A stretch of DNA of 28,891 nucleotides, from the IMG/VR virus record IMGVR_UViG_3300002307_001836, positions 1 to 28,891 of that record, one strand, 5' to 3'. The notes under the pieces were generated by a model. It saw nothing but the letters and a program-made list of their open reading frames with translations. It was not told the DNA's origin and did not search any database. This document shows positions 16,958 to 25,026 of this stretch, piece after piece. The DNA is from a virus (taxonomy: Duplodnaviria > Caudoviricetes). The position numbers and the translations under genes are program-made. Position 1 is the stretch's first letter; every line of letters starts with the position of its first letter.

Positions 16958-17109
16958 CTTAACCAAATATAAAGTGGACGGTCTTCGTCCGGTTGTTTGT
17001 TCTTCTCTGACCATTCTGTGTACTCACAGTAAAACTCAGCTAATTCTTCCTTGGTCATTTCATACTCGGCTGGAATCATTTCGTCGCTTTGGATGTCTTC
17101 CGTAATCAT
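16954..17109 (-). CDS. Small acidic protein (51 aa, MITEDIQSDEMIPAEYEMTKEELAEFYCEY...)
   Basis: ATGA overlaps at both ends. Confidence 0.6.
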   Translation of the reverse strand: MITEDIQSDEMIPAEYEMTKEELAEFYCEYTEWSEKNKQPDEDRPLYIWLR

Positions 17110-17195
17110 TCGTCAATCCTTCCCATGGCTATCACAGTGACCAGCGCCAGAGCCGCTAGTATAAATCCAAACACATACACTAAAATTTCGCTCAT
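17106..17195 (-). CDS. Single-TM microprotein (29 aa, MSEILVYVFGFILAALALVTVIAMGRIDE)
   Basis: TAATG and ATGA overlaps with its neighbours. Confidence 0.55.
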   Translation of the reverse strand: MSEILVYVFGFILAALALVTVIAMGRIDE

Positions 17196-17470
17196 TATGC
17201 AAACTCCAATAGATTAGCGGGAACATTGTAACGACCTTGCGGTGTGGATACGATAACATTTTTGATCTTGACTCGATCTACTGTGCCACGGAATATGGCA
17301 CCAGTTTTTGGATTGGTAAACTTGACAATATCACCCTTGACACAGGCTCGTATCTGGCGTTGGGCCAACTGAGCTCGGGCAAATTTCAAGGCCTGCGCAA
17401 TCCCGTCAAGTTCTCTCACAGTATAATTACCACTGATAATAGCACCACGGATGTCAAATTCATTTATCAT
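17195..17470 (-). CDS. Hypothetical protein with SH3/KOW-like C-terminus
   Basis: KGDIVKFTNPKTG..FRGTVDRV..KNVIV..YNVPANLL. Confidence 0.65.
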   Translation of the reverse strand: MINEFDIRGAIISGNYTVRELDGIAQALKFARAQLAQRQIRACVKGDIVKFTNPKTGAIFRGTVDRVKIKNVIVSTPQGRYNVPANLLEFA

Positions 17471-17685
17471 TATTGGTCTCCCATTCGGTCTAAAATTTCT
17501 TCCTGCACCAACCGGTTACAGGCATTAAGAGTTAATTGCATGATCAAGTAAGCATCTGCCTTTTGTTTAGCAGGCCAAGTTTCGATCATTTCTTGTATTT
17601 CGCCCAGTGTTCTTGTTGCAAACAAACCACTACGTGGGATTGGGTTATCAAATGTGTTGTAAGTTTTTTCGTATTCTAATTGCAT
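17470..17685 (-). CDS. Hypothetical early protein (71 aa)
   Basis: AAGGAG SD before MQLEYE. The track's longer start lies inside the promoter. Confidence 0.65.
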   Translation of the reverse strand: MQLEYEKTYNTFDNPIPRSGLFATRTLGEIQEMIETWPAKQKADAYLIMQLTLNACNRLVQEEILDRMGDQ

Positions 17686-17715
17686 CTTCTGCTCCTTGTT
17701 GTTTACTATACTACT

Positions 17716-17744
17716 ATTATAACCGAAATGCCGTTTTTGGTCAA
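17716..17744 (-). promoter_or_regulatory. sigma70-type promoter TTGACC-N17-TATAAT
   Basis: GGTTGACCAAAAA...TATAATAGTAGTATAGT; the core is shared with the promoter at 28441-28482. Confidence 0.85.
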
Positions 17745-17764
17745 CCAAAATGTCTGTGGCTTTT

Positions 17765-17995
17765 TTACAACAGTTTTATGGCTAATCCCACAGTATAAAT
17801 TGTCAGTAATCCGGCATTTACTGTGATCATGGCTCTATCACGTATCAAAATACTCCAGATCAAAAAGGTAAAACTACCCAAATTCAAGGTTATGGCACTC
17901 AGCGGGTAGATGTTGAGACTGGCAAAAACCGCACCGGTCAGGGTGATCACTGTGGCAGTCCATTTGATTTGTGTGGCTAATTTATTGGTATTCAT
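17765..17995 (-). CDS. Small 3-TM membrane protein (76 aa)
   Basis: KW.AT..TL.GA..ASLNIYP...N.GS...LIWS...RD.AMI.VN. Confidence 0.7.
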   Translation of the reverse strand: MNTNKLATQIKWTATVITLTGAVFASLNIYPLSAITLNLGSFTFLIWSILIRDRAMITVNAGLLTIYTVGLAIKLL

Positions 17996-18001
17996 ACTAG
18001 T

Positions 18002-18030
18002 ATTATACTAGAACAGGCGTTTTTGGTCAA
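18002..18030 (-). promoter_or_regulatory. sigma70-type promoter TTGACC-N17-TATAAT; ATG 6 nt downstream (leaderless)
   Basis: TATAAT-ACTAGT-ATG. Confidence 0.85.
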
Positions 18031-18058
18031 CCAAAACTGTGTTGTGTAAAAACAACAG

Positions 18059-18721
18059 TTAGATCAGACGTTCTAGCCAGCGTTGATTGATTTCGTCCAT
18101 ATCCAGCAAAGTGACTACATCTGCTGTTTGGAATTCAGGATCCCAGGCAGGATCGCTGACCACTCGAGCACCTATTCGTTCATACACTTGTAGCAATTTG
18201 GGTATGGCCAATTCTGAGCTTGAACTGGTTTCCTGGTAGGGATTCAAGGGCACAGCATGATTGTGTTGCCGGTAATGATATTTTGTTTGCCAATGATCTT
18301 GAGCCTGGTATATGTCGCATTCTGCGGGTCGGATGCTGGCTGCGCCCATGATCCATTTGCAGTTGAGTTGTTGAGCCAGTTCGATCAACTTGCCCCATAG
18401 TATAGGAATAATGATTGGATTACGAAAATCTGGATCTACTGCAGCCCGACCTATTTCCAATATGCGATCGCGATCAAGATTCAGTCCGGCAATATCAAAT
18501 TCACTTTCAGTGTAAAATCCCAGGCTGGTGTCGGTGATAGCACGATAGTAGCCGACCACCCGATCATGATCTCGAGCCACGACGTGATAGGCAATACTGT
18601 CATACTGATCATGATCTTGGGCAGGATCTATACCAAATGCCTTGTGCATGATACCGGCTCGAAATCGCAAAGCGTCTTGTATATCTTTTTGTTTTTTTAA
18701 TATTTTTACTCGTATTGCCAT
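18059..18721 (-). CDS. OlsB-like GNAT N-acyltransferase (ornithine/amino-lipid synthesis family)
   Basis: D.DQYD...YHVV..D...VGYYR...FYTESEFD...LEIGRAAVDP.FR...LW...MGAAS...PKLL..Y.R.GA....PAWD.EF.TAD..LL. Confidence 0.8.
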   Translation of the reverse strand: MAIRVKILKKQKDIQDALRFRAGIMHKAFGIDPAQDHDQYDSIAYHVVARDHDRVVGYYRAITDTSLGFYTESEFDIAGLNLDRDRILEIGRAAVDPDFRNPIIIPILWGKLIELAQQLNCKWIMGAASIRPAECDIYQAQDHWQTKYHYRQHNHAVPLNPYQETSSSSELAIPKLLQVYERIGARVVSDPAWDPEFQTADVVTLLDMDEINQRWLERLI

Positions 18722-19605
18722 TATTGTATTTTAAACCTTACATACTCAGTGATTATATCAGCCACATCCACACCACAATAGTTTTCAAATCCCGAAAATC
18801 CGGGGTTGCTGTTGGCTTCACACACTCTGAATCCTCTAGAGTCAAACAATAGATCAATTCCGGCTATGTCCAAGTTGAGTGCCTTGGCTGTTTCTCTTGC
18901 TAAAAAATCTATTTCTTCAGTGAGGTCAAAATTTGAACCTGTGCCACCGTTGGTGATATTGGCACGAAAATCTCCTTCAGGTGCAGTACGTTTCATTGCA
19001 CCTATCACCTTGCCACCCACCACTAGCACACGGAGGTCTTCGCCCACTCGCTCACCCAGGTATTCTTGTACTATCAATGTTTTTTTGTTGCCTAAATTTT
19101 TAATAAATTCCATGAGCTTTTTAAAATCTCTAGCACGTTCACAAAGATAAACACCTTCGCCGTAGCTGCCGGTGACCACTTTAACTACACAGGGAAATCC
19201 TATATTTTCTTTGACCAGAGTTTCGTCTATGGGGAACCGTACCATCATGGTGTTGGGAATGGAAATGCCATGTCGGCTCAATATTTGGCTGGTGCGTAGT
19301 TTGTCCTTGACTGTTTCAATGGCAACACTGCCATTTACACACGGCACCCCGGCCTGTTCAAAATGCCTAATCACAGCCAGTTGGAACGGCAATATTCCAG
19401 CACCCAGCCGCACCAGGACCAGCTTGGGCATTTCAATTGTTTCGCCTCGCAATTTGATACCTTGATGTATGTTGCGATCTACTATGATATCAAAATCATC
19501 GGGGTGACACATCATTGCCGATATGCCCTTGTTTGCAAAACTCATCATTAATCGGTCGCATTCGTATTCGTTACGATCTAATTTGGTCAATACCAATACT
19601 GTCAT
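18721..19605 (-). CDS. rimK: RimK/LysX-family ATP-grasp ligase
   Basis: DKLRT.Q.L...GI..P.T, GFP.VVK...GS.GEGV.L, QEY, DLRVLVVGG.VIGAM.R....GDFRANI..GG, GIDLL, EANSNPGF. Start placed at MTVLVL via an ATGA overlap. Confidence 0.9.
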   Translation of the reverse strand: MTVLVLTKLDRNEYECDRLMMSFANKGISAMMCHPDDFDIIVDRNIHQGIKLRGETIEMPKLVLVRLGAGILPFQLAVIRHFEQAGVPCVNGSVAIETVKDKLRTSQILSRHGISIPNTMMVRFPIDETLVKENIGFPCVVKVVTGSYGEGVYLCERARDFKKLMEFIKNLGNKKTLIVQEYLGERVGEDLRVLVVGGKVIGAMKRTAPEGDFRANITNGGTGSNFDLTEEIDFLARETAKALNLDIAGIDLLFDSRGFRVCEANSNPGFSGFENYCGVDVADIITEYVRFKIQ

Positions 19606-20354
19606 TGAATTTTGTCCCAGGTTACAATTTCCCATTGTCCTGAATGATGTTCTACCAAGGCTGTCATGGATTCAACCCAGTCTCCGTCGTTCATGTACAT
19701 GATGCCGTCAATGTTTCTGATCTCAGCATGGTGTATGTGTCCGCATATGACTCCATCAAATCCACGTTTGCGGCAGTAGCCGGCCAAGTTGCGTTCAAAT
19801 TGAAATATAAAATTGGCACTGGTTTTTACCTTGTGTTTTAAAAATTTACTTAGACTCCAATAGCCAAATCCCAGTCGATGTCGTATGGCATTGAAATAAC
19901 TGTTTAAGTTTAACACAAAATCATAGGCTTTGTCACCCAAATAGGCCAACCAAGGCGCCAGCCGGCTGATACCATCGAATAGATCACCGTGTGTGACCAA
20001 GTATCTACGCCCGTCTACGCCGGTATGTTCGCACTGATTTACTATTTCCACACGACCAAAACTGAACCCGTACTGTATCAAAGGTCTTAAAAATTCATCA
20101 TGATTGCCTGCCACATAAACCACTCGAGTGCCACGTTTGGCCCGACCCAAGATTCTGCGTATGGCATTTGAATGGCTCTGTTTCCAACGCCATCTATTTT
20201 GAGTTATCTTCCAAGCGTCAATTATATCACCCACTAGATACAAGGTCTCACAGGTATTGTGTTTGAGAAAGTTGTTGAGCTGATCGGCCTTGCAGTCTCT
20301 TGTACCGAAATGTATATCGCTAACAAATATTGATCGGTAAGTACAAGGTGTCAT
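19602..20354 (-). CDS. PlcP-like phospholipase C / LpxH-like calcineurin-fold metallophosphoesterase
   Basis: SDIHFG, GDIID.W, GNHDE, HGD.FD, the amphipathic insert WLAYLGDKAYD...LGFGYWSLSKFLKHKVK, CGHIH and N.GDWVES.TALVE, characteristic of the PlcP clade. Confidence 0.88.
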   Translation of the reverse strand: MTPCTYRSIFVSDIHFGTRDCKADQLNNFLKHNTCETLYLVGDIIDAWKITQNRWRWKQSHSNAIRRILGRAKRGTRVVYVAGNHDEFLRPLIQYGFSFGRVEIVNQCEHTGVDGRRYLVTHGDLFDGISRLAPWLAYLGDKAYDFVLNLNSYFNAIRHRLGFGYWSLSKFLKHKVKTSANFIFQFERNLAGYCRKRGFDGVICGHIHHAEIRNIDGIMYMNDGDWVESMTALVEHHSGQWEIVTWDKIQ

Positions 20355-20358
20355 ACCA

Positions 20359-20366
20359 TATTTATC
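20359..20366 (-). promoter_or_regulatory. Late-type promoter GATAAATA, 4 nt before ATG
   Basis: GATAAATA-TGGT-ATG; no SD in the gap. Confidence 0.6.
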
Positions 20367-20388
20367 GGTAGGGTATCTTACAGTTTTG

Positions 20389-20520
20389 TTACTGTACTCG
20401 TTCGGTATGTTTGTGTTTCAGACTCTTTTTTAGTATCTTGAACCAAAGTTCTCTGACACGTTTGACCCGGTGTTCAAATTCGGCCCGGTTGAGTTTTTTG
20501 ATTAATTTTTTGATTTTCAT
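20389..20520 (-). CDS. Small highly basic protein (43 aa)
   Basis: AGGAG SD; MKIKKLIKKLNRAEFEHRVKRVRELWFKILKKSLKHKHTERVQ. Confidence 0.6.
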   Translation of the reverse strand: MKIKKLIKKLNRAEFEHRVKRVRELWFKILKKSLKHKHTERVQ

Positions 20521-20539
20521 GGCATGATCTCCTGTGTTG

Positions 20540-22168
20540 TTATTTAACCGGTTCCACACCATTTTCACAGTAGTTACAGATATCCCTACAGCTCTGTGCT
20601 TCGGGGATGACATCTTCATAGGTCTGAGTGTACAAGTTACCCAACACATGTTCTAGACCATAATCCATACAACATAGGACCACATCACCGTTGGGCAACA
20701 TAACATTGTGATAAAGATGCTCCACACAACCGCAGGTTCTATCTCCTTCGTGATAGACTGAATTCCAACGATTTTTGAGATTAAGTAATTTAGGTTTTAA
20801 TAAACTTTCGCGTACTAGATTTCCAGCACGACTCCACATTTCAAAACTGGGTGCCCAGTCAAATAAATGTCGGACACTGGGATGTACTTCACCCATGGTC
20901 ATGGTTGTAAAGTTTTGTATACGATGATGGTTGTCACGCAACCAGGCTAGTGTTTTTAAATAGCCCGGTGTGATAGGATGACGTGCCAACATTTCGGCAT
21001 CGGGCAAGTGTAAGGTAAATCCTCCGTTGGGGTTTCCGTGATACGGTACATCTACGATACGTTCCAGATCTTCTACACTAACTCCAACGCCGGTGGTAAA
21101 CACACTGATAGGATGTCCTTGTTCATGTGCGTACAACAACATGTCAGTACAGTATTTGTTCATCCAGGGTTCAGTGAAGCCAGCAAAGGTAATACGCACA
21201 TCTCGAGGTATGCGATCAATCAAGATCTTAAAATTGTCTAAAGTTAAAATCCTGGTCCCGGTATAAACATCTTCCAGTAATCGTTGTGGACAGAACACAC
21301 AGTCAACCACACAACCTTTTTCAGGAATGATTGTGGTAATCTCCATTGTGGGTGCTGGCCAGTGTTGCCATTTTTGTTTGGCCGGAGTCTCAGATCGAAT
21401 AGGAATTACCTGAGACGAAGTCCGTGTATCAAGTGATATGGTTCCAGTAGGCTTGGGTTGGCTGGGTACACGATTGTCAATGAATACCATGAATGCCGCA
21501 TAGTATTCAAGGAAGTGATCGTTCCAGACGTCCCATTTGATATCCACATAATCTATGCTTAATACTTGGAAGTTGTCAAAATGTTTTAAGTAAAGATCGC
21601 GGAACTGACGCCATTTTTCTTTCAACTCCGGTGTTGTGGTATGAAACTCACCAGCTATCTTCTTGACGTTTTGTGTGACCCACTCAAAGTTATCTGCCGT
21701 GAACATGTCATACTCGCCACCTTCGCAATCGGTTTTTAAAAAGTCGATCTGCGTGATACCATGACGTTCAATAAGAGAGCGGAAACTTATAGTTTCCATG
21801 GTGACACCATCAGTGCCATCACTGTGTGATTGCTTGTTGGGATCAAACATGCCAGATAGATAATTGACACCATCTCTCGGGCCCATGCCCACGTTTAGAG
21901 TGGTCACTGGTACAACACTGCCGGATAAATTTGCAACCAGTGTTTGATACAAGTCAGGATGTGCTTCCACACAGTAGATGTGTGAGGGTTGGGCATCTAA
22001 GACGCTCCAGCTGAAAGGACCAATGCTGGCGCCCACGTCTAAGACCACGTCACCCGGTTCCACCTTAAAAAACCGTTGATAGCAATCATCGATAAAGATT
22101 TCTGTGTAACAGGTGTGATGAAACCATTTGTTATCGGCAATCATGCCCCAGTCTAAGGGTTTTTTCAT
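20540..22168 (-). CDS. FkbM-family methyltransferase fused to radical SAM + SPASM/twitch domain
   Basis: N-half: VVLDVGASIG...IDFLKTDCEGGEY...EFH. C-half: GCVVDCVFC, FAGFTEP, and C..LPNGDVVLCCMD....LGN...C..C. Confidence 0.88.
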   Translation of the reverse strand: MKKPLDWGMIADNKWFHHTCYTEIFIDDCYQRFFKVEPGDVVLDVGASIGPFSWSVLDAQPSHIYCVEAHPDLYQTLVANLSGSVVPVTTLNVGMGPRDGVNYLSGMFDPNKQSHSDGTDGVTMETISFRSLIERHGITQIDFLKTDCEGGEYDMFTADNFEWVTQNVKKIAGEFHTTTPELKEKWRQFRDLYLKHFDNFQVLSIDYVDIKWDVWNDHFLEYYAAFMVFIDNRVPSQPKPTGTISLDTRTSSQVIPIRSETPAKQKWQHWPAPTMEITTIIPEKGCVVDCVFCPQRLLEDVYTGTRILTLDNFKILIDRIPRDVRITFAGFTEPWMNKYCTDMLLYAHEQGHPISVFTTGVGVSVEDLERIVDVPYHGNPNGGFTLHLPDAEMLARHPITPGYLKTLAWLRDNHHRIQNFTTMTMGEVHPSVRHLFDWAPSFEMWSRAGNLVRESLLKPKLLNLKNRWNSVYHEGDRTCGCVEHLYHNVMLPNGDVVLCCMDYGLEHVLGNLYTQTYEDVIPEAQSCRDICNYCENGVEPVK

Positions 22169-22332
22169 TAGTTGTTCCAGTGATGTACAACCCCAGCAAC
22201 AATGGCCAGGTTCGTGATTATATATATCAAAACTATTGCGGTGCGAATAAAAGCCACACGGTCTGCTTCCTGGTCATTGGCACTGGCTTTTTCGCCCAAG
22301 GCCTTGGCCCAGAGTCGCCAGAGATTCAGCAT
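22168..22332 (-). CDS. Small phage membrane protein (54 aa, WRLWAKALGEK...)
   Basis: TGATG overlap with rubredoxin; C-terminal TM. Confidence 0.7.
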   Translation of the reverse strand: MLNLWRLWAKALGEKASANDQEADRVAFIRTAIVLIYIITNLAIVAGVVHHWNN

Positions 22333-22466
22333 CAAAGAGTATAGTACTCGTCTTTGCCGCAACCACATTCAGGACATGAGAAGTCGTCACCTAATTCGTC
22401 CCAATGGCCTTCCACAGCTTCATCGTGTTCGTGCCCACATACTACACATACATGTATTTGATCCAT
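22332..22466 (-). CDS. Rubredoxin (44 aa)
   Basis: Missed by the ORF track. MDQIHVCVVCGHEHDEAVEGHWDELGDDFSCPECGCGKDEYYTL contains CxxC...W....D..CPxCG. TAATG overlap with rubrerythrin. Confidence 0.9.
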   Translation of the reverse strand: MDQIHVCVVCGHEHDEAVEGHWDELGDDFSCPECGCGKDEYYTL

Positions 22467-22915
22467 TATAGATTCTCCAATTTGTCTCGATAAGCATCGG
22501 CATGTCGCTGTTCAATTTTTTTCAGTGCGGCAAAACGCTTTTCTGCTTTTCGCAAAACGGCGATAAACTGTTCTGCGTGTTCTCTCGATTCTGTGGCCTG
22601 TATCTTGGCTTGTTGTGCGGCTTCGTTGTTGCCTTCAAACACAGCTTCCTTTTCAAAGTCTGGATACATGGTGGTAAACTCGTAGGTTTCACCTTCGATG
22701 GCCATTTCTAAACAACGGCGTGTGTCGGGCTGGCCGACCAGCAGTTCCAAATGGCTCCAGGCATGCAGCAGTTCTTGATCTGCTGTGTGCTCGAAATGAC
22801 GTGCAACTTCTTCAAAACCTTCAGCTCTGGCAATTTTGGCAAAATAGCGATACTTGATGTGAGCTTGTGACTCTCCGGCCAAGGCGCTTTCTAAGTTCTT
22901 GATTGTAATAGACAT
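22466..22915 (-). CDS. rbr: Rubrerythrin-family di-iron protein (no fused rubredoxin domain)
   Basis: NLESALAGESQAHIKYRYFAKIAR.EG...A.QELLHA...A.EGETYE.TTMYP.F...A...ES.EHA. Confidence 0.92.
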   Translation of the reverse strand: MSITIKNLESALAGESQAHIKYRYFAKIARAEGFEEVARHFEHTADQELLHAWSHLELLVGQPDTRRCLEMAIEGETYEFTTMYPDFEKEAVFEGNNEAAQQAKIQATESREHAEQFIAVLRKAEKRFAALKKIEQRHADAYRDKLENL

Positions 22916-22935
22916 AGTTTTCCTTTGTAAGATTT

Positions 22936-22967
22936 GACTCAGTAGAAATACTGAGCCAGTATTTATA
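22936..22967 (-). promoter_or_regulatory. Late promoter TATAAATA followed by a 5' hairpin
   Basis: TATAAATA at 22960-22967; GGCTCAGTA-TTTC-TACTGAGTC hairpin at 22936-22957. Confidence 0.65.
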
Positions 22968-23006
22968 GCGAATATCTGTACAGTATACAGATTTGTTAAA
23001 GAAAAA

Positions 23007-23351
23007 TCAAGCCCAGATTCTGCGATATTCGTCCAGTGCTAGACGTCGAGCATGAGCCAATCTAAGACAAATATAATCTGACAGTGGTAGATCATCGTTG
23101 CTGATCAACTCGGGTCTACGATAAGAAACCTGTAGATCCATGACATCATCCCAATAGTCATCATCTTCATCCATGTCCATACGGGCCAGAGGTTTCAAGG
23201 TCCTCGGTACAGGTAGGTGTTTTTTAACTTGAGATTTTTTAGCAACCCGGTTGACCAGGTCAGCCTCGGAGTACCTTGATGCGGTCGACTGATAGTCAGC
23301 TTCAGCGGTGGCAACAAACAGACAGGCAAGGATTGCAAATATGAGTCTCAT
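23007..23351 (-). CDS. Hypothetical protein with signal peptide
   Basis: MRLIFAILACLFVATAEA|D; acidic patch. Confidence 0.65.
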   Translation of the reverse strand: MRLIFAILACLFVATAEADYQSTASRYSEADLVNRVAKKSQVKKHLPVPRTLKPLARMDMDEDDDYWDDVMDLQVSYRRPELISNDDLPLSDYICLRLAHARRLALDEYRRIWA

Positions 23352-23377
23352 ACATATATAACGCCTTGACCTGGCAT

Positions 23378-24451
23378 TTAGTTGACATTATCGTCGGGTT
23401 TCTTGCCAATGTACTCGTGGCTGTAGCACACACGGTCTGCATCTCTTAGGGCAATTTGAGCATTTCCACCGTAGCCCGGCATAGATCTTATGCTACCGTC
23501 TTTGAGTAGGTAACTGCCTTTTCGACTTTTCCTATTAGTTGACGTAGCTCTCCAGAGTGGCGATTTTTCTCTATGCTCACCAAAGCTGGGATGGGCGGTC
23601 TTGCTGAAGTATCGTAGACCACGGCTGACATATATTTCAGCAATGGCATCAGAGAACGCTGTGCCAATGCCCATGCCCTGGAACTCGGGCAAGATTACCG
23701 TGCGATGCCCGCGCCAATAACTGTGTATGTCACGATTGGTTGAATGTATTGCGGCATGGAATCCAATGGGTTTGTTTCCTAGCAATAACACATAGTAGTG
23801 AGCACTTTTTGATATAGCAGTATCTAGATAGTGATGTCGACTGAACATTGGCCAATAGTCTCGACTTGTGCTTTGGATGGTGAGGGTAACACTGGGTCGC
23901 CCCAATCGATGAAGTAACCTCCGATTTTCTAAGGCACAGAGGTCTGTGTCATAAACCCAATCAGGATCAAGCCACTCAACAATATCACGGTGGCAACTGG
24001 CAATATACAAAGGTTTCTCACTGGATTGTCTATCATAATATTTCTTTACACTGTAGGCTAAACTTTTGGCTGTATCTCGATCAACTACACTGGTAAATTC
24101 ATCTATGGTCGCGATGCCTTGATCAAGACATAAGGCCATGACAAATCTGTGATGCTCACCATTACTTAGTGTATGGGACGGACGGAACCAAGCTGGTATG
24201 GTTCTAAGCCCACAGGCCAACAACAACTCCTCACCCCTTTCGGGAGTGGAGAAGTTTTCTATCACCGTGGTTTTGGGATCAAACTGCGCTTGTCGGTTGC
24301 CCAAGGTGTTTAGGATTGTGCTTTTACCCGAACCCGATGTGCCAACAATCAGTACAATACCGTCTGTGGGCAGGTCAGGAATGGTAACGGCCTGTTCCTT
24401 GTAATCTTTGATATCGTATTTCTTTTTGATTTCGTCTAGATAGGTTGTCAT
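23378..24451 (-). CDS. ABC-type ATPase fused to GNAT acetyltransferase
   Basis: GTSGSGKST, LSNGE, IDEFTSVVDR and ASCH, then FSRHHYL...RTVILPEFQGMGIG (acetyl-CoA motif). Confidence 0.88.
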   Translation of the reverse strand: MTTYLDEIKKKYDIKDYKEQAVTIPDLPTDGIVLIVGTSGSGKSTILNTLGNRQAQFDPKTTVIENFSTPERGEELLLACGLRTIPAWFRPSHTLSNGEHHRFVMALCLDQGIATIDEFTSVVDRDTAKSLAYSVKKYYDRQSSEKPLYIASCHRDIVEWLDPDWVYDTDLCALENRRLLHRLGRPSVTLTIQSTSRDYWPMFSRHHYLDTAISKSAHYYVLLLGNKPIGFHAAIHSTNRDIHSYWRGHRTVILPEFQGMGIGTAFSDAIAEIYVSRGLRYFSKTAHPSFGEHREKSPLWRATSTNRKSRKGSYLLKDGSIRSMPGYGGNAQIALRDADRVCYSHEYIGKKPDDNVN

Positions 24452-25026
24452 ACTGTTGCTGTAATTACAGTTTCTTTTTTAGATGGAGATTTGAGTTTTT
24501 TCTCTTTAAACATGCGATCAAACACTTCCTTGGCCTGTGCCTCTTTTTGTGCTTTTAATTTTTCTTTTTCTACTCGGCGTCTTAATTTTTCCTCGCGTTT
24601 CTTGCGTGTTCCAGACATTGGGCAAAAATCGTAACTGAATTTCAATCCATCTGCTTGGTAGATATTTTGTTCAACGATATAGCGTAAGTGATTTTGTCCG
24701 CATAGCAATCTTTCACGACATAAATCTACGTTGTCGATCATGAGATCCACACCATAGACAGTAGATAGTGCTTGTTCAAATGTTGAACCATTTTCCATCT
24801 TGCGTATAAGGACTTCACCGAGGAACTGACCATCTCCGCAACTAGGATCTAGAAAAGTTTTAGTAGGGTCTGTAAATACTTCATTGGGTAGTTGATCCAG
24901 CATTTCTTGTACCAGTAAGGTTGGCGTAAACACCTCGCCTGTAGCTTTAACCCGTAGATTGTCACGTGACACACCGCTCATATAAGTGCGATTACGAATG
25001 TGATCAATGACTTCTTTGAGTTTCAT
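24448..25026 (-). CDS. Short N6-DNA methyltransferase-like protein (SAM-binding half only)
   Basis: GEVFTP, FLDPSCGDGQF and YGVDL are present; there is no NPPY; Lys-rich tail. Confidence 0.82.
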   Translation of the reverse strand: MKLKEVIDHIRNRTYMSGVSRDNLRVKATGEVFTPTLLVQEMLDQLPNEVFTDPTKTFLDPSCGDGQFLGEVLIRKMENGSTFEQALSTVYGVDLMIDNVDLCRERLLCGQNHLRYIVEQNIYQADGLKFSYDFCPMSGTRKKREEKLRRRVEKEKLKAQKEAQAKEVFDRMFKEKKLKSPSKKETVITATV

